From: Sphyrna mokarran
Taxonomy: Eukaryota
Length of the DNA stretch: 64,000 bases
Direction of reading: 5' to 3'
NCBI GenBank assembly: GCA_024679065.1
Contig: JAGIQG010000038.1
Coordinates: forward strand, 8,060,001-8,124,000
Positions 50,941 through 62,314 of this stretch are shown piece after piece. A program made the position numbers and the translations under genes. Below the pieces are notes generated by a model that did not search any database, was not told where the DNA came from, and saw nothing but the letters and a program-made list of their open reading frames with translations. Each line of letters begins with the position of its first letter. Positions within the stretch are counted from its first letter, which is position 1.

Positions 50941-51460
50941 TAGGCTCGGCGTTCTACAGCGCCGCTATTTATAGACGTGACGCCACCGCCAGGGGTCGCC
51001 GCGCGCTTGCGCATGGGAGAGGCCTGGAGCATCTTGGGAGTTGTCGTTTTTTTCAAAACCTTCCCTCTCTCGCTGTCAAGGGTTCAAACCCCCAACCCAA
51101 CCAAAAAAAACACGCATACGTTTCTCTGAGCCCTTCCTAAAAAGAGACGCGCTTACATTCCAGTTGTCGGTTTTAACCTTACCCATCATCGTAAATCCAT
51201 CCCCCAGAACGTCGAGGTCGATTTTCAAGCAAACCACCCCCCTTCCCCCGCTTCGCAGCGTCAACCCAGGTAAACAATCGCTCATTCATGACACACGGGC
51301 TAAAGGTGTCAAAATTCCCTGAGAGAATTCGCCTCAGCTCCTTAGGTGGGCAAAAGGTCAAGGTGAACGTTCACATATCTGCACAGTTGAAGCGTTCGAA
51401 GGTTTTTATTTTCTCTCCTTCCCTGTTCTCAATTGTTGCCTTTCTTTTAACAACGAAACG
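50940..51460. promoter_or_regulatory. CpG-enriched bidirectional promoter of CSRNP2 and the FAM186-like gene
   Basis: TATAAATA (minus, 50966-50973), CRE half-site TGACG (50978-50982), NRF1-like TGCGCAAGCGCG (minus, ~51002-51013), ZNF143/THAP11-type ACGACAACTCCCAAGATGC (minus, 51029-51047); CpG density far above the rest of the window. Confidence 0.8.
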
Positions 51461-51462
51461 GC

Positions 51463-51603
51463 ATGGAGAATAAAGAGGGCATGAGTAAACCTGGCTCTGA
51501 GGACGCTGCCCTGACCCCCACTGCGAGCGAGAGTGACCTCTCGACCACCGTCCAGCGCGCCATTGGAAAAATCGAGACAGCGCAGCTGACGCGAGCAAGA
51601 CAG
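51463..51603 (+). CDS. FAM186: FAM186-family protein, coding exon 1: MENKEGMSKPGSED...TTVQRAIGKIETAQLTRARQ (start could be the ATG at 51481)
   Basis: VQRAIGKIETAQLTRARQ resembles the recalled FAM186A/B N-terminal motif SVKAIILRIEAAQLTRAQE; donor CAG|gtaaag, phase 0; A versus B paralog not resolvable. Confidence 0.8.
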
Positions 51604-51616
51604 GTAAAGACACCAC

Positions 51617-52130
51617 TCGGAGAAATATTGTCAGAAAAATATATGATCAGTTATCAAAAGTAAGTAAATATTTTCACACAATTGGAGAAGGAATATGAGG
51701 AAAAATATGATCAGTTATCAAAAGCAATGACACTATTTTCACAATTGGAGAAATATTGTGAGGAAAAATGTGATCGTTATCAAAGGCAATTATATCTTTT
51801 CGCAGCATCAGAGAAGGAATGTGAGGGAAAGTATGATCAGTTATCAAAAAGCAATGACATTATTGTCATACAATTGGAGAAGGAAACTGAGGAAAAATAT
51901 GATCAATTATCAAAAAGCATTGGAATTATTTTCACAATTGGAGAAATATTGTGAGGAAAAATATGATCAATTATCAAAAAGAATTAGCATTATTTTCACA
52001 CCACTTGGAGAAATATTATGAGAAAGAATATGATCAGTTATCAAAAGCAATTATATTATTTTTACACAATTGGAGAAAGTATGCGAGGAAAATATATAAT
52101 CAGTTATTACAAGCAATTACACATTTTCAC
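51617..52130 (+). repeat. Minisatellite, ~58-bp unit, about 9 diverged copies
   Basis: Repeating ttttcacaattggagaaatattgtgaggaaaaatatgatcagttatcaaaagca. Confidence 0.9.
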
Positions 52131-52772
52131 ACACACAAACGTCATTTCGAAAGTCGTTTCTCGGCTGAAATTTTTGGTGCTATTTAACTTTGTACTAGAA
52201 TTTACATTCGATGGAACACCCAATGAAGTTAGAAGCGGGAGCGTCATCTCAATTTCAACACTACAACTTGGAACGACACAACATATTTATGATTCTGACT
52301 AAGTATCTATATCCGAAACACGAGTCTTTTTTTACAGAGGCTGACTGACCTGCTGTAAATTTCTCGTATTTTCTACCTTTGTTTTCAGGTTTCCTCCTTT
52401 TTTTTCATTTTGTTTCCCCCTAACTTCAATCTGGGACCGGAATCTGAACGGAAACATTGTATTCCAAAGAAGCGTTCCTTGACAGGAAGAAAGCAGATAA
52501 AGATGTTTATTGTGCTAGTGACACTGCCCTGAAAAGCTCGTCAGCCTTGACATTGACATTGCCTTCCTACGTTAAAACGCGTTATCAGGCGGCAAAGTGG
52601 TACTCGGTGTAACAGTGCGAGCATGTCACAAAGTTGCGTCCACATAGGTCAATGCAGTGCTCTCTCATTTTTCCGATCTTTCTGCAGCCTTGGACAAGAG
52701 CAGGTTAAATCTGCTGGAGGCGTCCTGCTTTGGCAGTGCTCCTGAGTCCTCCTAGTGGTTATCCAGGAGACA

Positions 52773-53025
52773 TGATATGGAGATGCCAGTGTTGGACTGG
52801 GGTAAACACAGTAAGAAGTCTCACATCACCAGGTTAAAGTACAACAGGTTTATTTGAGAGTAAACGCCACTAGCTTTCGGAGCGCTGCTCCTTCCTCAGG
52901 TGTGGGGCCTGACGAAAGAAAGCGCTCCGAAAACTAGTAGCGTTTACTCTCTACCAGTAGAGGTAGAGAGTCTGTTGGACTTTAACCTGGTGGACTTTAA
53001 CCTGGTGTTGTGAGACTTCTTACTG
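52773..53025. mobile_element. Fold-back mini Penelope-derived element with a hammerhead motif on each strand
   Basis: Arms cagtaagaagtctcacatcaccaggttaaagt / actttaacctggtgttgtgagacttcttactg; cores CTGAGGA..GAAA (minus, 52899-52875) and CTGACGA..GAAA (plus, 52909-52932); TSD tatccaggagaca/tatccaggaggca. Confidence 0.8.
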
Positions 53026-53362
53026 TATCCAGGAGGCAAACGGGCAAAGAGTAAGGAAGCAAGTTACCTTTTGGCAACAAAAGCATGATTTCAAGCCCAC
53101 TGAATAAAGTATGGGATGGTTGGAAATCACAATTTAATCATCATAGAATCATAAAAGAATACAGGAGGCCATTCTGTCCATTAAATCTCCATTAAATCTG
53201 CATCAGCTCTTTCAAAAAAGATCCAATTGGTCCCACTCCATTTCTTTTCCCAGGAGGCCATTCTGCTGATTAAGTCTGCACCAGCACTTTCAAAAAGTAA
53301 TCCATCCTGTCCAACTCCTTTTCCTGGAAAATAAGGGCCATTGTTTTCCCCTTCACCATTTG

Positions 53363-53672
53363 GAGGATGGCCTACTGGTATTATCACAAGTCAATTAATC
53401 CAGAAACTCAGCTTATGTTCTGGGAACTCCTGTTCAAATCCCACCATGGCAGATGGCGGAATTTGAATTCAATGAAGAATATCTGGAATTAAGAATCTAC
53501 TGATGATCATGAAACCATTGTTGATTGTTGCATAAAACCTATCTGGTTTCCCCTTTAGGGAAGGAGATCTGCTGCCCTTACCCAGTCTGGCCTACATGTG
53601 ACTCTAGAGCCACAGCAATGTGGTTGACTCTCAACTGCACTTAAGCAACTAGGGATGGGCAACAAATGCTGA
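53363..53672 (+). mobile_element. tRNA-derived SINE, second family
   Basis: Closely matches 23171-23520. Confidence 0.8.
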
Positions 53673-53677
53673 TTACA

Positions 53678-54153
53678 AGGAACAAAGAACAAAACAGCAC
53701 GGGAAACAGGCCCTTTGGCCCAACGAGCCCACGCTGCCACCTCAATGTTCCCACTTCTACCTGTGATCCCTGTCTATGTTTATAGATCTATGGATTGAAA
53801 TCAAATTTGAGACAATTTAGGGAGAATTTGTTCTGCCAATCAGCCTAAGAGCACATCTTTGGGATGTGGGAGGAAACCGGAGAACCCGGAGAAAACCCAC
53901 GCAAGCACGGGGAGAATGCGCAAACTCCCACAGACACAGGCCCAAATCCATGTATCTGCACAGCGTAGCGATAGTCACTGAGCTGTCATGTTGCCTATCA
54001 AATGGTCCAGGTCAAGCGTACACTAACGATGTGAAACACTAGGATACTCTCGAAAAAAAAATCCAAGAGCAGCCCTCTCACGACCCATCGCGTGTATGCC
54101 CCTTGTTAGACAACAAGGCAGACCAAACTACCTGAAGGATAAAAACAAATACA
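53678..54153 (-). mobile_element. Chimeric V-domain SINE-like element (second copy)
   Basis: Reverse complement of 32636-33085 with few substitutions and a ~20-nt indel. Confidence 0.75.
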
Positions 54154-55385
54154 TCAATATCATCGACTATTTACACACTTCTGTTTCACGAGTATTAAGG
54201 GCTTTGTGAAGGTATTAACAATTTCTGATAGGCAGAAATATTCTTCTTATTCCAAACTTTATGGGATCTTTTTAGTTAGAACTATTTTGGATCTTGACAT
54301 TTTGTTGAGGAATTTTGTTGCATATTTTCACTTAGTTATTTTGATTCACACAGAAACATACACAGAATGATGGCATGTTTTAGTGATTAGCCAGAAGTGG
54401 GACTTGAAGATGATGTTGGCATTTTGTCTCCTCCTGAAACTGGAACAGTATTTTCAGAGAAACCAGGATGATGAGAGAATTGTGGGGCATGTTTTTATAA
54501 TAATCTTTGGAAACAGGGATTATCTGTCACAGAGCTGATGAGCTTTCTCATTGTGCTCACTATGTATAGTACCTTGACATTTTAGTTTTCAAAATGTGAA
54601 TGATGTTTGTGGATACTGTTATCTCAAGGCAAAACTTCAAGTTCTAAAATTGCCATTTTTCAGAACCCTATTGTTATCCATGACCTTGGCAACCGGGTGT
54701 CACTGTGGTAGATTGAACGGAAACAAAACAGACCATTTTTCCTGCAGTGTTTTTAACTTGGGGATTCATTTGGAATTTTTTAATTAAATCATTTGTGGGC
54801 ATCACTGGCAAAGCCAGCATTTATTGCCCATCTCTCAGTGCCCAAAGAAGTGGTGGGCCTTCTTGAACCAGGAATAGCAATTTTCGCTACAAATTAGTGG
54901 TTTGTTACATCTCTGCGTTAGATGTCTGATACTGAATAATGTCTGCCATATTATGTACATAAAAAGGGAGAAACACAAACCTACTGGTGTTTTTTTTTTG
55001 TTTTGGCTCAAACAAAGGATGAGCAAATCATTTGTATTTGTGAAGTTTTTACATTTTATTACTCCTAGAGTTATCTGTGGGAAACCATTGAGTGGGGAGG
55101 GTGTATAAATGAGAACATTGGAGCCAGGCAGTGCTACACAGTACAGGTTATCAGGGAGGCACCAAATATTCAATGAAATAAAAATATTTTCTATTATCAT
55201 ACTGTACATTGATAATTAGCTATTACCCAGTTGGAAGAGCTGGGATGATGGTGATTGAATAGATGTAGATGCCAAATTTAGCCCTCAAATAAAATTACCA
55301 AAAGAAAATCTGGTCATTTATTTTATTGTTATTGTGGAATCTTGCTGAGCACAAATTGACTGCAGTGTTTTCTCACATTGCAATA

Positions 55386-58071
55386 AGAAGTCTCACAACA
55401 CTAGGTTAAGGTCCAACGGTTTATTTGGTAGCATGAGTTTTCGGAGCGCTGCCTCTTCATCAAATGAGTGGAGGATTGTGTTCACAAACAGGTCATATAT
55501 AGACACACTCAATTTACAAGATAATGGTTGAAATACGAGGTAATAACAGGTAATCAAGTCTTTACAGGTGCAGATAATGCAAGTGGAGAGAGAGTTAAGT
55601 ACAGATTAAAGAGGTGTGAGTTGTCTCAAGCTAGGACAGTTTGTGAGATTTTGCAAGCTCAGTCAAGTCGTGGGGGTTACACATTGTGTGACATGAACCC
55701 AAGACCCTGGTTGAGGTATGTAGAACTTGGCTATCAGTTTCTGCTCAGAAATTCTGCGTTGTCATGTGTTGTGAAGGCCAGGTTGGAGAATGCTTACCTG
55801 AAGATCAGAAGCTGTATGCCCCTGATTGCTGAAGTGTTCCTCGACAGGGAGGGACCACTCCTGCCTGATGATTGTGGAGCAGTGTTCATTCGTCCATTGT
55901 CGTAGCGTCTACATGGTCTCCCCAAATGTACCATGCCTTGGGGCATCCTTTTCTGCAGTGTATCTAGATAACGTTGGACGAGTTACAAGAGTACCTTCTC
56001 ACATGTCATGATGGCATCCATGTCAATGATCTGGCACATCTTGCACAGGTTGCTGTGGCAAGGTTGTGAGATGGCATGGTCACTGTTCTCCTGAAGGCTG
56101 GGTAATTTGCTGCATACAGTGGTCTGTTTGAGGTTGCATGGTTGTTTGAAGGTAAGTAGTGGGAGGATGGGGATGGCCTTGGTGAGATGTTCATCTTCAG
56201 CTCCAGTGAAGATATTGTAGCTTCTCTGCTCCGAGGAAATACTGGATGACGAAGGGTATTCTGTCCGCCATGGCCTGTGTTTGTCTCCTGAAGAAGTCGG
56301 TGTGGGTTTTCGCTATGGTGCATCGGAACTGTCAATCAAGGAGCCGAGTGCCATATCCTGTTCTTATGAGAGCATCTTTCAGCGATCCTGCTCATTTGAG
56401 CAGATCCTGTGTACACAGAGGACTTATCCATAGGGGATGAGTACTGAACTCAATGCCGACAACTGCTAATCTCCAGATGCAATTCTACAACTCATCTGCT
56501 TCATCCTGGACCACAATCTCTGCACCTTCAACAACCAGTTCTTCATCCAGACACATGAAACAGTCATGGGGACCAAATTCACACCTCAATATGCTAACAT
56601 CTTCATGCACAGGTTTGATCAAGACTTGTTCGCTGCACAAGACCTTCAATCAACACCATACATTAGATACATCGATGACATTTTTTTCCTTTGGACTTAT
56701 GGTGAACAATCACTGAAACAACTATATGATGACATAACAAGTTCCAATCCACCATCAGACTCACCATGGACTACTCTCCAGAATCGATGGCATTCTCAGA
56801 CACATGCATCTCCATCAAGGATGGTCACCTCAACACTTCACCATACTGCAAGCCCACAGATACCTCAGAATGATCCACTTCTCCAGCTTCCATCCTAAAC
56901 AAGTTAAATAAGTCATCCCGTATAGACAAGACCTTGTATACACAGGATCTACTCAGATGAGAAGGATCACAAGAGACACATACAGAAGCTGAAAGATCCC
57001 CTCATAAGATATAGCGCTCGACCCATCGATTGAGAATTCCGATGCACCACAGCGAAAAATAGCACCAATCTCTTCAGAAGACGAACATGGGACACGGTGA
57101 ACAGAGTACCCTTCATTGTCCAGTACTTCCCTAAGCAGAGAAGCTATGATATCTTTTCTGGAGCCTTCAACATGTCATCGATGAAGATGAACATCTCACC
57201 AAGGCCATCCCCGCACCCCCACTACTTACCTTCAAACAACCGTGCAATTTCAAACAGACCATTGTCCATAGCAAACTATCCAGCCTTCAAGAGAACAGTG
57301 ACCATGACACCACACAACCCTGCCACAGCAACTTCTGCAAGACATGCCAGATCATCAACACAGACGCCATCATCTCACATGAGAACACCATCCACCAGGT
57401 ACACGGTACGTACTCTTGTGACTCAGCCAACGTTGTCTACCTGATACACTGCAGGAATTGATGTCCCAAGGCATGGTAGATTGGCAAGACCATGCAAACA
57501 CTACAACAATGGATAAATGGACACCACTTGACAATCACCAGGCAGGAATGTTCCCTCCTTGTCGAACAACACTTCAATGGTCAAGGACTTGCAGCCTCTG
57601 ATCTTTCGGTAAGTGCTCTCCAACCAGACTTTGTGATACATGACAATGCAGAATCGCTGAGCAAAAACTGATAGCCAAGTTCCACACACGAGGACGGCTT
57701 CAACCGGTTCCTTGGGTTCATATCATACTATCTGTAAGCCCCGTGACTTGCCTGGGCTTACAAAATTTCACTAACTGTCCTGGCTTGAGACAATTCACAC
57801 CTCTTTAATCTGTACTTAACCCTCTCTCCACTCGCATTGTCTGTACCTGTAAAAACTTAATTATCTGTTAAGACTCACATTTCAACCATTATCTTGTAAA
57901 TTGAGTCTCAGTCTATATACGCTGTGTTTGTGAACCCAATCCTCCACACTCCTGACAAAGAAGCAGCACTCTGAAAGCTCGTGGTACCAAATAAACCTGT
58001 TGGACTCTAACCTGGTGTTGTGAGACTTCTTACTGTGCCCATCCCAGTCCAACGCCAACATCTCCACATCA
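55386..58071 (+). mobile_element. Penelope-like element: inverted ~1-kb 3' duplicate (55386-~56380) followed by 5'-truncated RT, GIY-YIG and pseudo-LTR
   Basis: MGTKFTPQYANIFMHRF..YIRYIDDIFFLWT (PLE RT); HQVHGTYSCDSANVVYLIHCR (GIY-YIG); inverted ends; 16-bp duplication ttctcacattgcaata/ttctcatattacaata within a split DeuSINE. Confidence 0.88.
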
Positions 58072-58364
58072 TTCTCATATTACAATAGTAACTACATTCA
58101 AATGGTACTTCAATGGTTAGAACACTGTGGGACATCTTGAGTTCATGAATGACACTACATAAATACAAATCTTTCTTTTTTTGTCATTGAGATAAAATTA
58201 CTTTTTCTTCATTTTAGATAGTATGGCATAGCTAGGCTGAGTGAAGTGATTTGTGTCTTTTCAGAGTAATTAACATTTCCAAAAATAGGTATACCATTTT
58301 TGAAACTACTAATTTGCTTGAATAGCTTGCTTTTTTTCATTTTTCTTTTAACATTTGCCAACAG

Positions 58365-58575
58365 GAAGTTGCAGAACGTTTGAGAGACATTCTGGACAAA
58401 GTGAATTTTGCCTTGAGCCACGCAAAATTTGACCACCAGCAAGTGCCAAAAATCACCTTTACTCCTGAAAGGAAGGAAAGGGAGTGGTTGATCGATACGA
58501 TCACCGAGTTTGCAATTGGCAACAGCACCAAGGAAGAAATTTTAAAGTTTATTCTACAATGGCTATCAGACAGCA
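58365..58575 (+). CDS. FAM186: FAM186-family coding exon 2: EVAERLRDILDKVNFALSH...TKEEILKFILQWLSDS
   Basis: Long polypyrimidine tract with aacag|GAA, donor A|gtatgc (phase 1); LRDILDKVN and KEEILKFILQWLSD parallel the recalled FAM186 LSDILDNVN and KEKHLYDILRWLGD. Confidence 0.82.
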
Positions 58576-59429
58576 GTATGCAATTTATTATAAACTAGTT
58601 AATCTCCAGTGGCTTTACAGCAATTTTAACCTAACCCTCCCAAAGTGAGAAGCAGAGAAATAGAGTTGGTTGGAGTGTTAGACTAACTCTGCAATACAGG
58701 CTGAGGAGTTTGGTGATGTAAAAACAAGCCATTTCATCAATGCAGCTGGTGGGAGGGTGTAACTACAGTGTGACAAGTTTACACGGACAGATTCGTTATA
58801 AATGTGGACAGAGGAATTTATCATGGGAAACATAAAATTTTAACAAAAATGCAATGAGGAAATAAGATTTTGGACACAAAGTGTGCATAGATGTAAAATC
58901 TTTGCGATATTATTACCGATAGTGTATTGAATACAGAATAGTGGGGACTCAATAATTTGCACGCCCGATTAGGAGTGCAAGCAAGAGAAATGAACTTCCA
59001 GGTCATCCTATCAACCAGGATCCAATTCAACCATTTCATTTCATTTTCCATCACAATTCCCTTGATCTCCGCTGGAAATGGGTCAGGTCCAGTTTTAGTT
59101 CAAATGCCTCAACAGAGTTAGTATTTATGACACAAAGTGACAGTTTAGTCAATAAAACGGCACTCAGTGAAAATTATACTTTTTTGATTACCCAGTGGGT
59201 AAAGACATTGACATACAATCTAATAGGTGCCAGGTTTGATTCCTGGTCCGTTTTGCATTATCTTGGGCAGCTGTGGGAGCACTACATTTTGGTTTGTGAG
59301 GGGAAATCAGCTAGGGTCGATGAATATTTCTATTCAGCAGCTCTTGATGAAATATTAATTTGTGTGAATATCCAGTAAGAATCACAGCACAATTGAATAG
59401 CTGAATATTATTAATTGGCAAAAAGCACA

Positions 59430-59512
59430 ATAGAACATAGAACATAGAACAATACAGCACAGAACAGGCCCTTCGGCCTTCGATGTTGTGCCGACCAAAA
59501 TAAAAAGCAATG
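59430..59512 (-). mobile_element. Very short 3' end of the young LINE seen at 2556-2840
   Basis: catagaacatagaacaatacagcacagaacaggcccttcggccttcgatgttgtgccgaccaaaataaaaagcaatg is almost the exact reverse complement of 2752-2835. Confidence 0.8.
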
Positions 59513-60214
59513 AAAGATACTAATTTAACAAGATGGGATACATTGGGTGTAGGTCAAATATTGTATCGAATTGTTGGTTCTCACTTGGTTAAATTACATA
59601 TCAAACCTATGCAACTTAGATGGAGTCAGCTGTCGGTTCAAAGGCAGGTTGACTGTATGTGTAGACCTGGAATGGAAGCTTTCAAAGTTATTCCCTCATG
59701 TTTATCAGGTCGGTCTTTGTGATTTTATATTTGCTATGTTACCCAAAACACATGTTTCAACATATTGTTCAACTTTAAAAGGACTGCACAGTAAGACTAA
59801 TATTTCATTCATAATGCAACAATCACATAAATATGAAGCCAAAACACTTCACGCAAATGGAATTGTAAATGCACCTTTAATTGATGTGTCACACATAGAC
59901 TCTTAAAATATGTACTGTGAAGCCTTTCAGGGGCTGAAATGATGAGCCTTTAGGTGTGCAGTCTTTCGATAAAATTAGCTCTTAAAATTCCCAGGTTTTA
60001 TTTCAAGAAGCCGAATAATGTGCTTATCAGGCTTTTTTTAAAAAAAGAGTTATTTTTGTACAGTTTCACATCACTACAATGTGCATTAACACTCATCAAC
60101 CAGACAGAACAATTTCTCACAAAGTAATATTTTACTGAACCAATACTGGGCTCTGAGTGCTATAACAATCTGATGTTAACTTGGAGTCAGCCATTTCATC
60201 ATAAATTCCCAACT

Positions 60215-60980
60215 TGGACCTAAAAATTATAGACAAGATTATCTTTGAAATGGTGAAAAGCTAGGAACAATGGCAGTCCAAAGAGATTTCAGGGGTCAGG
60301 TTTTTGATATCATAAATGTCCTAAGCTACAGAAATTAATCAAAAAGCTAATGAAATGCTAATTTTTATATCTAAAATATTACAATACATTAGGGTAGAAG
60401 TCTTGATTCAGCTATACAAAGCTCTGGTTAGATTACACCTGGAGTACTGTGAGAAATTCTGGCCATTATGTCTTAGGAAATACATGTTGGCCCAATAGGT
60501 AGTGCAGTGTAATTTTGCTGGAAGAATATTCAGTTCAACCAAGAGTTAAATTGCAAGGAGAGATTACACATACAAGGGTTATATTCCCGCAAATTTTGAA
60601 GGTCAAGGGATGATTTAATTGAAGTTTTCAAATTTAAGAAGAGTTACTTTTCTACAGTTTCACATTACTAAGAATAGATTGGGTAAAGAGAAACTAGTTC
60701 CATTGGCTGGTTGGAGAGTCTAGAACTAGGGGGCATAGTCAAAAAATGGGAGCCAGATCTTTCAGGAGTGAAATTAGGAAATACATCCACACACAAAGGA
60801 TAATAGAAATTTGGAATTCTCTTCAGCAAGTAGCAAATGACACTGGATCAAATGTTCATTTTAAATCTGAGGTTGATAGATTTTTGTTTTGATACAGGAC
60901 AAAGATGGGCTATATGGAGTTAGACGACAGATCAGCCATGATTTCAAGGAATGGTGAGGTTAAGTAGCCTCCTCCTGTTA
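60215..60980 (+). mobile_element. Old CR1 3' fragment
   Basis: ctatacaaagctctggttagattacacctggagtactgtgag (LYKALVRLHLEYC), actagggggcatag (TRGH). Confidence 0.7.
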
Positions 60981-61044
60981 CGATTAGTGGCAGTCTTAAT
61001 GAAATCCTGAATGGAAATGTTGGGATAAGGGTGGAGTCTCATTA

Positions 61045-61250
61045 GAAAAAAAAGGTTACATTTGTATAATGCCTTCCCCCATTTCAGGATATCCCACTTT
61101 ACAATCAAAGCAATATTTCTGAAACATAATTATTAATGTCATGAAGGAAATAGAGCAACCAGTTTACACAGCAGTATTCCACAAGCAGCAATTAAATAAA
61201 TGATCTGATCATCTGTTTTGAGGGTGTTGGATTGAGGGATAAATATTGAC
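61045..61250 (-). mobile_element. DeuSINE/SacSINE1-like fragment
   Basis: tacatttgtataatgcc...ccacaagcagcaa..atgatctgatcatctgtttt..ttgagggataaatattg. Confidence 0.55.
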
Positions 61251-61394
61251 TCGGCAGAATGGAAGGAATTGCAGATTGCGATCTCAAACAAGGTGGTACG
61301 AATATGGCATTCCTAAACAGAATTTGACTGAATCAGTCACAGTAAACTGGTGACCCTGGTCATGATTTGAAATTATGTGACCCAACCTTTGGGA

Positions 61395-61905
61395 TGGATG
61401 TGTTTAATGGGGACAGTGTAGAGGGAGCTTCACTCTGTATCTAACCCCATGCCCGTGTTGTATCTATCCTGGGAGTGTTGATTGGGGACAGTGTAAAGGG
61501 AGCTTTACTCTGTACCTAACCCCATGTTGTATCTGTCCTGGGAGTGCTTGATGGGGACAGTATAGAGGGAGATTTATTCTGTATCTAATCCCATGCTGTA
61601 CCTGTCCTTGGAGTGTTTAATGGGGGACAGTGTAGAGAGAGTTTTACTCTATAACACCATGCTGTACCTGTCCTGGAAGTGTTTGATGGGGAGAGTGTAG
61701 ACGAAGTTTTACTTTGAATCTAACCCCATGGTGTACATGTCGTGGGAGTATTTCATGGGGACAGTGTAGAGGGAGCTTTACTCTGTATATAATCTCATGC
61801 TCTACTTGTCCTGGGAGTGTTTGATGGAACAGTTTAGAGGGAGCTTTACTCTGTATCTAACCTCGTGCTGTCCTGGGAATGTTTGATGGAGTGTTTGAGG
61901 GAGCA
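61395..61905 (+). repeat. Tandem satellite-like repeat, ~67-bp unit, about 7-8 copies
   Basis: gatggggacagtgtagagggagctttactctgtatctaaccccatgctgtacctgtcctgggagtgttt repeated with divergence. Confidence 0.92.
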
Positions 61906-62119
61906 TAAGTCTGTTATGTTATACCTAACTTGAGAGTGTTCACTGCTAACAATGCTCCATGTTCAAGATGAGAAGTGTTTCACCGACTAGCACTAAATTC
62001 TTCAAACAAAGATACAAAACAGAATGTGTTCTAAAAACAGGAACAGCTTTATAAAGGCCAGATGGACTGTTTCAATCTAATTTACAAATATAATTTTATC
62101 TTACACATGTATATTGCAG

Positions 62120-62314
62120 ATCAAACATTAATCGATGAAGAAGATTTCGAGGAGGATGGAGAAATTGAAAAACGGTCAGCTGAATGGATTGAGGAAGTTA
62201 ATGTGAAAGTACAGTCAAGCTTGGCTTCTTCACAAGAGTGTATAGACAATCTCCATAAACTATCTAACACTCTTTTTAGTCTTCAACATGAGCGTATAAA
62301 GGAAAAATCAACAG
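62120..62314 (+). CDS. FAM186: FAM186-family coding exon 3: (N)QTLIDEEDFEEDGEIEKRSAEWIEEVNVKVQSSLASSQECIDNLHKLSNTLFSLQHERIKEKST
   Basis: Acceptor tattgcag|AT and donor ACAG|gtaaat, phase 1/1, frame-consistent with exon 2; EWIE..SL....I..L..L pattern as in FAM186. Confidence 0.8.

Noticed and set aside
51655-51666. Alternative donor AAA|gtaagt for FAM186-like exon 1
   Set aside because: It would give phase 2, incompatible with phase-0 exon 2, and lies within the minisatellite
51617-52130. Regularly spaced repeats resembling a CRISPR array
   Set aside because: Units are contiguous diverged tandem copies with no unique spacers and no cas genes, in a vertebrate intron; the same applies to 61395-61905
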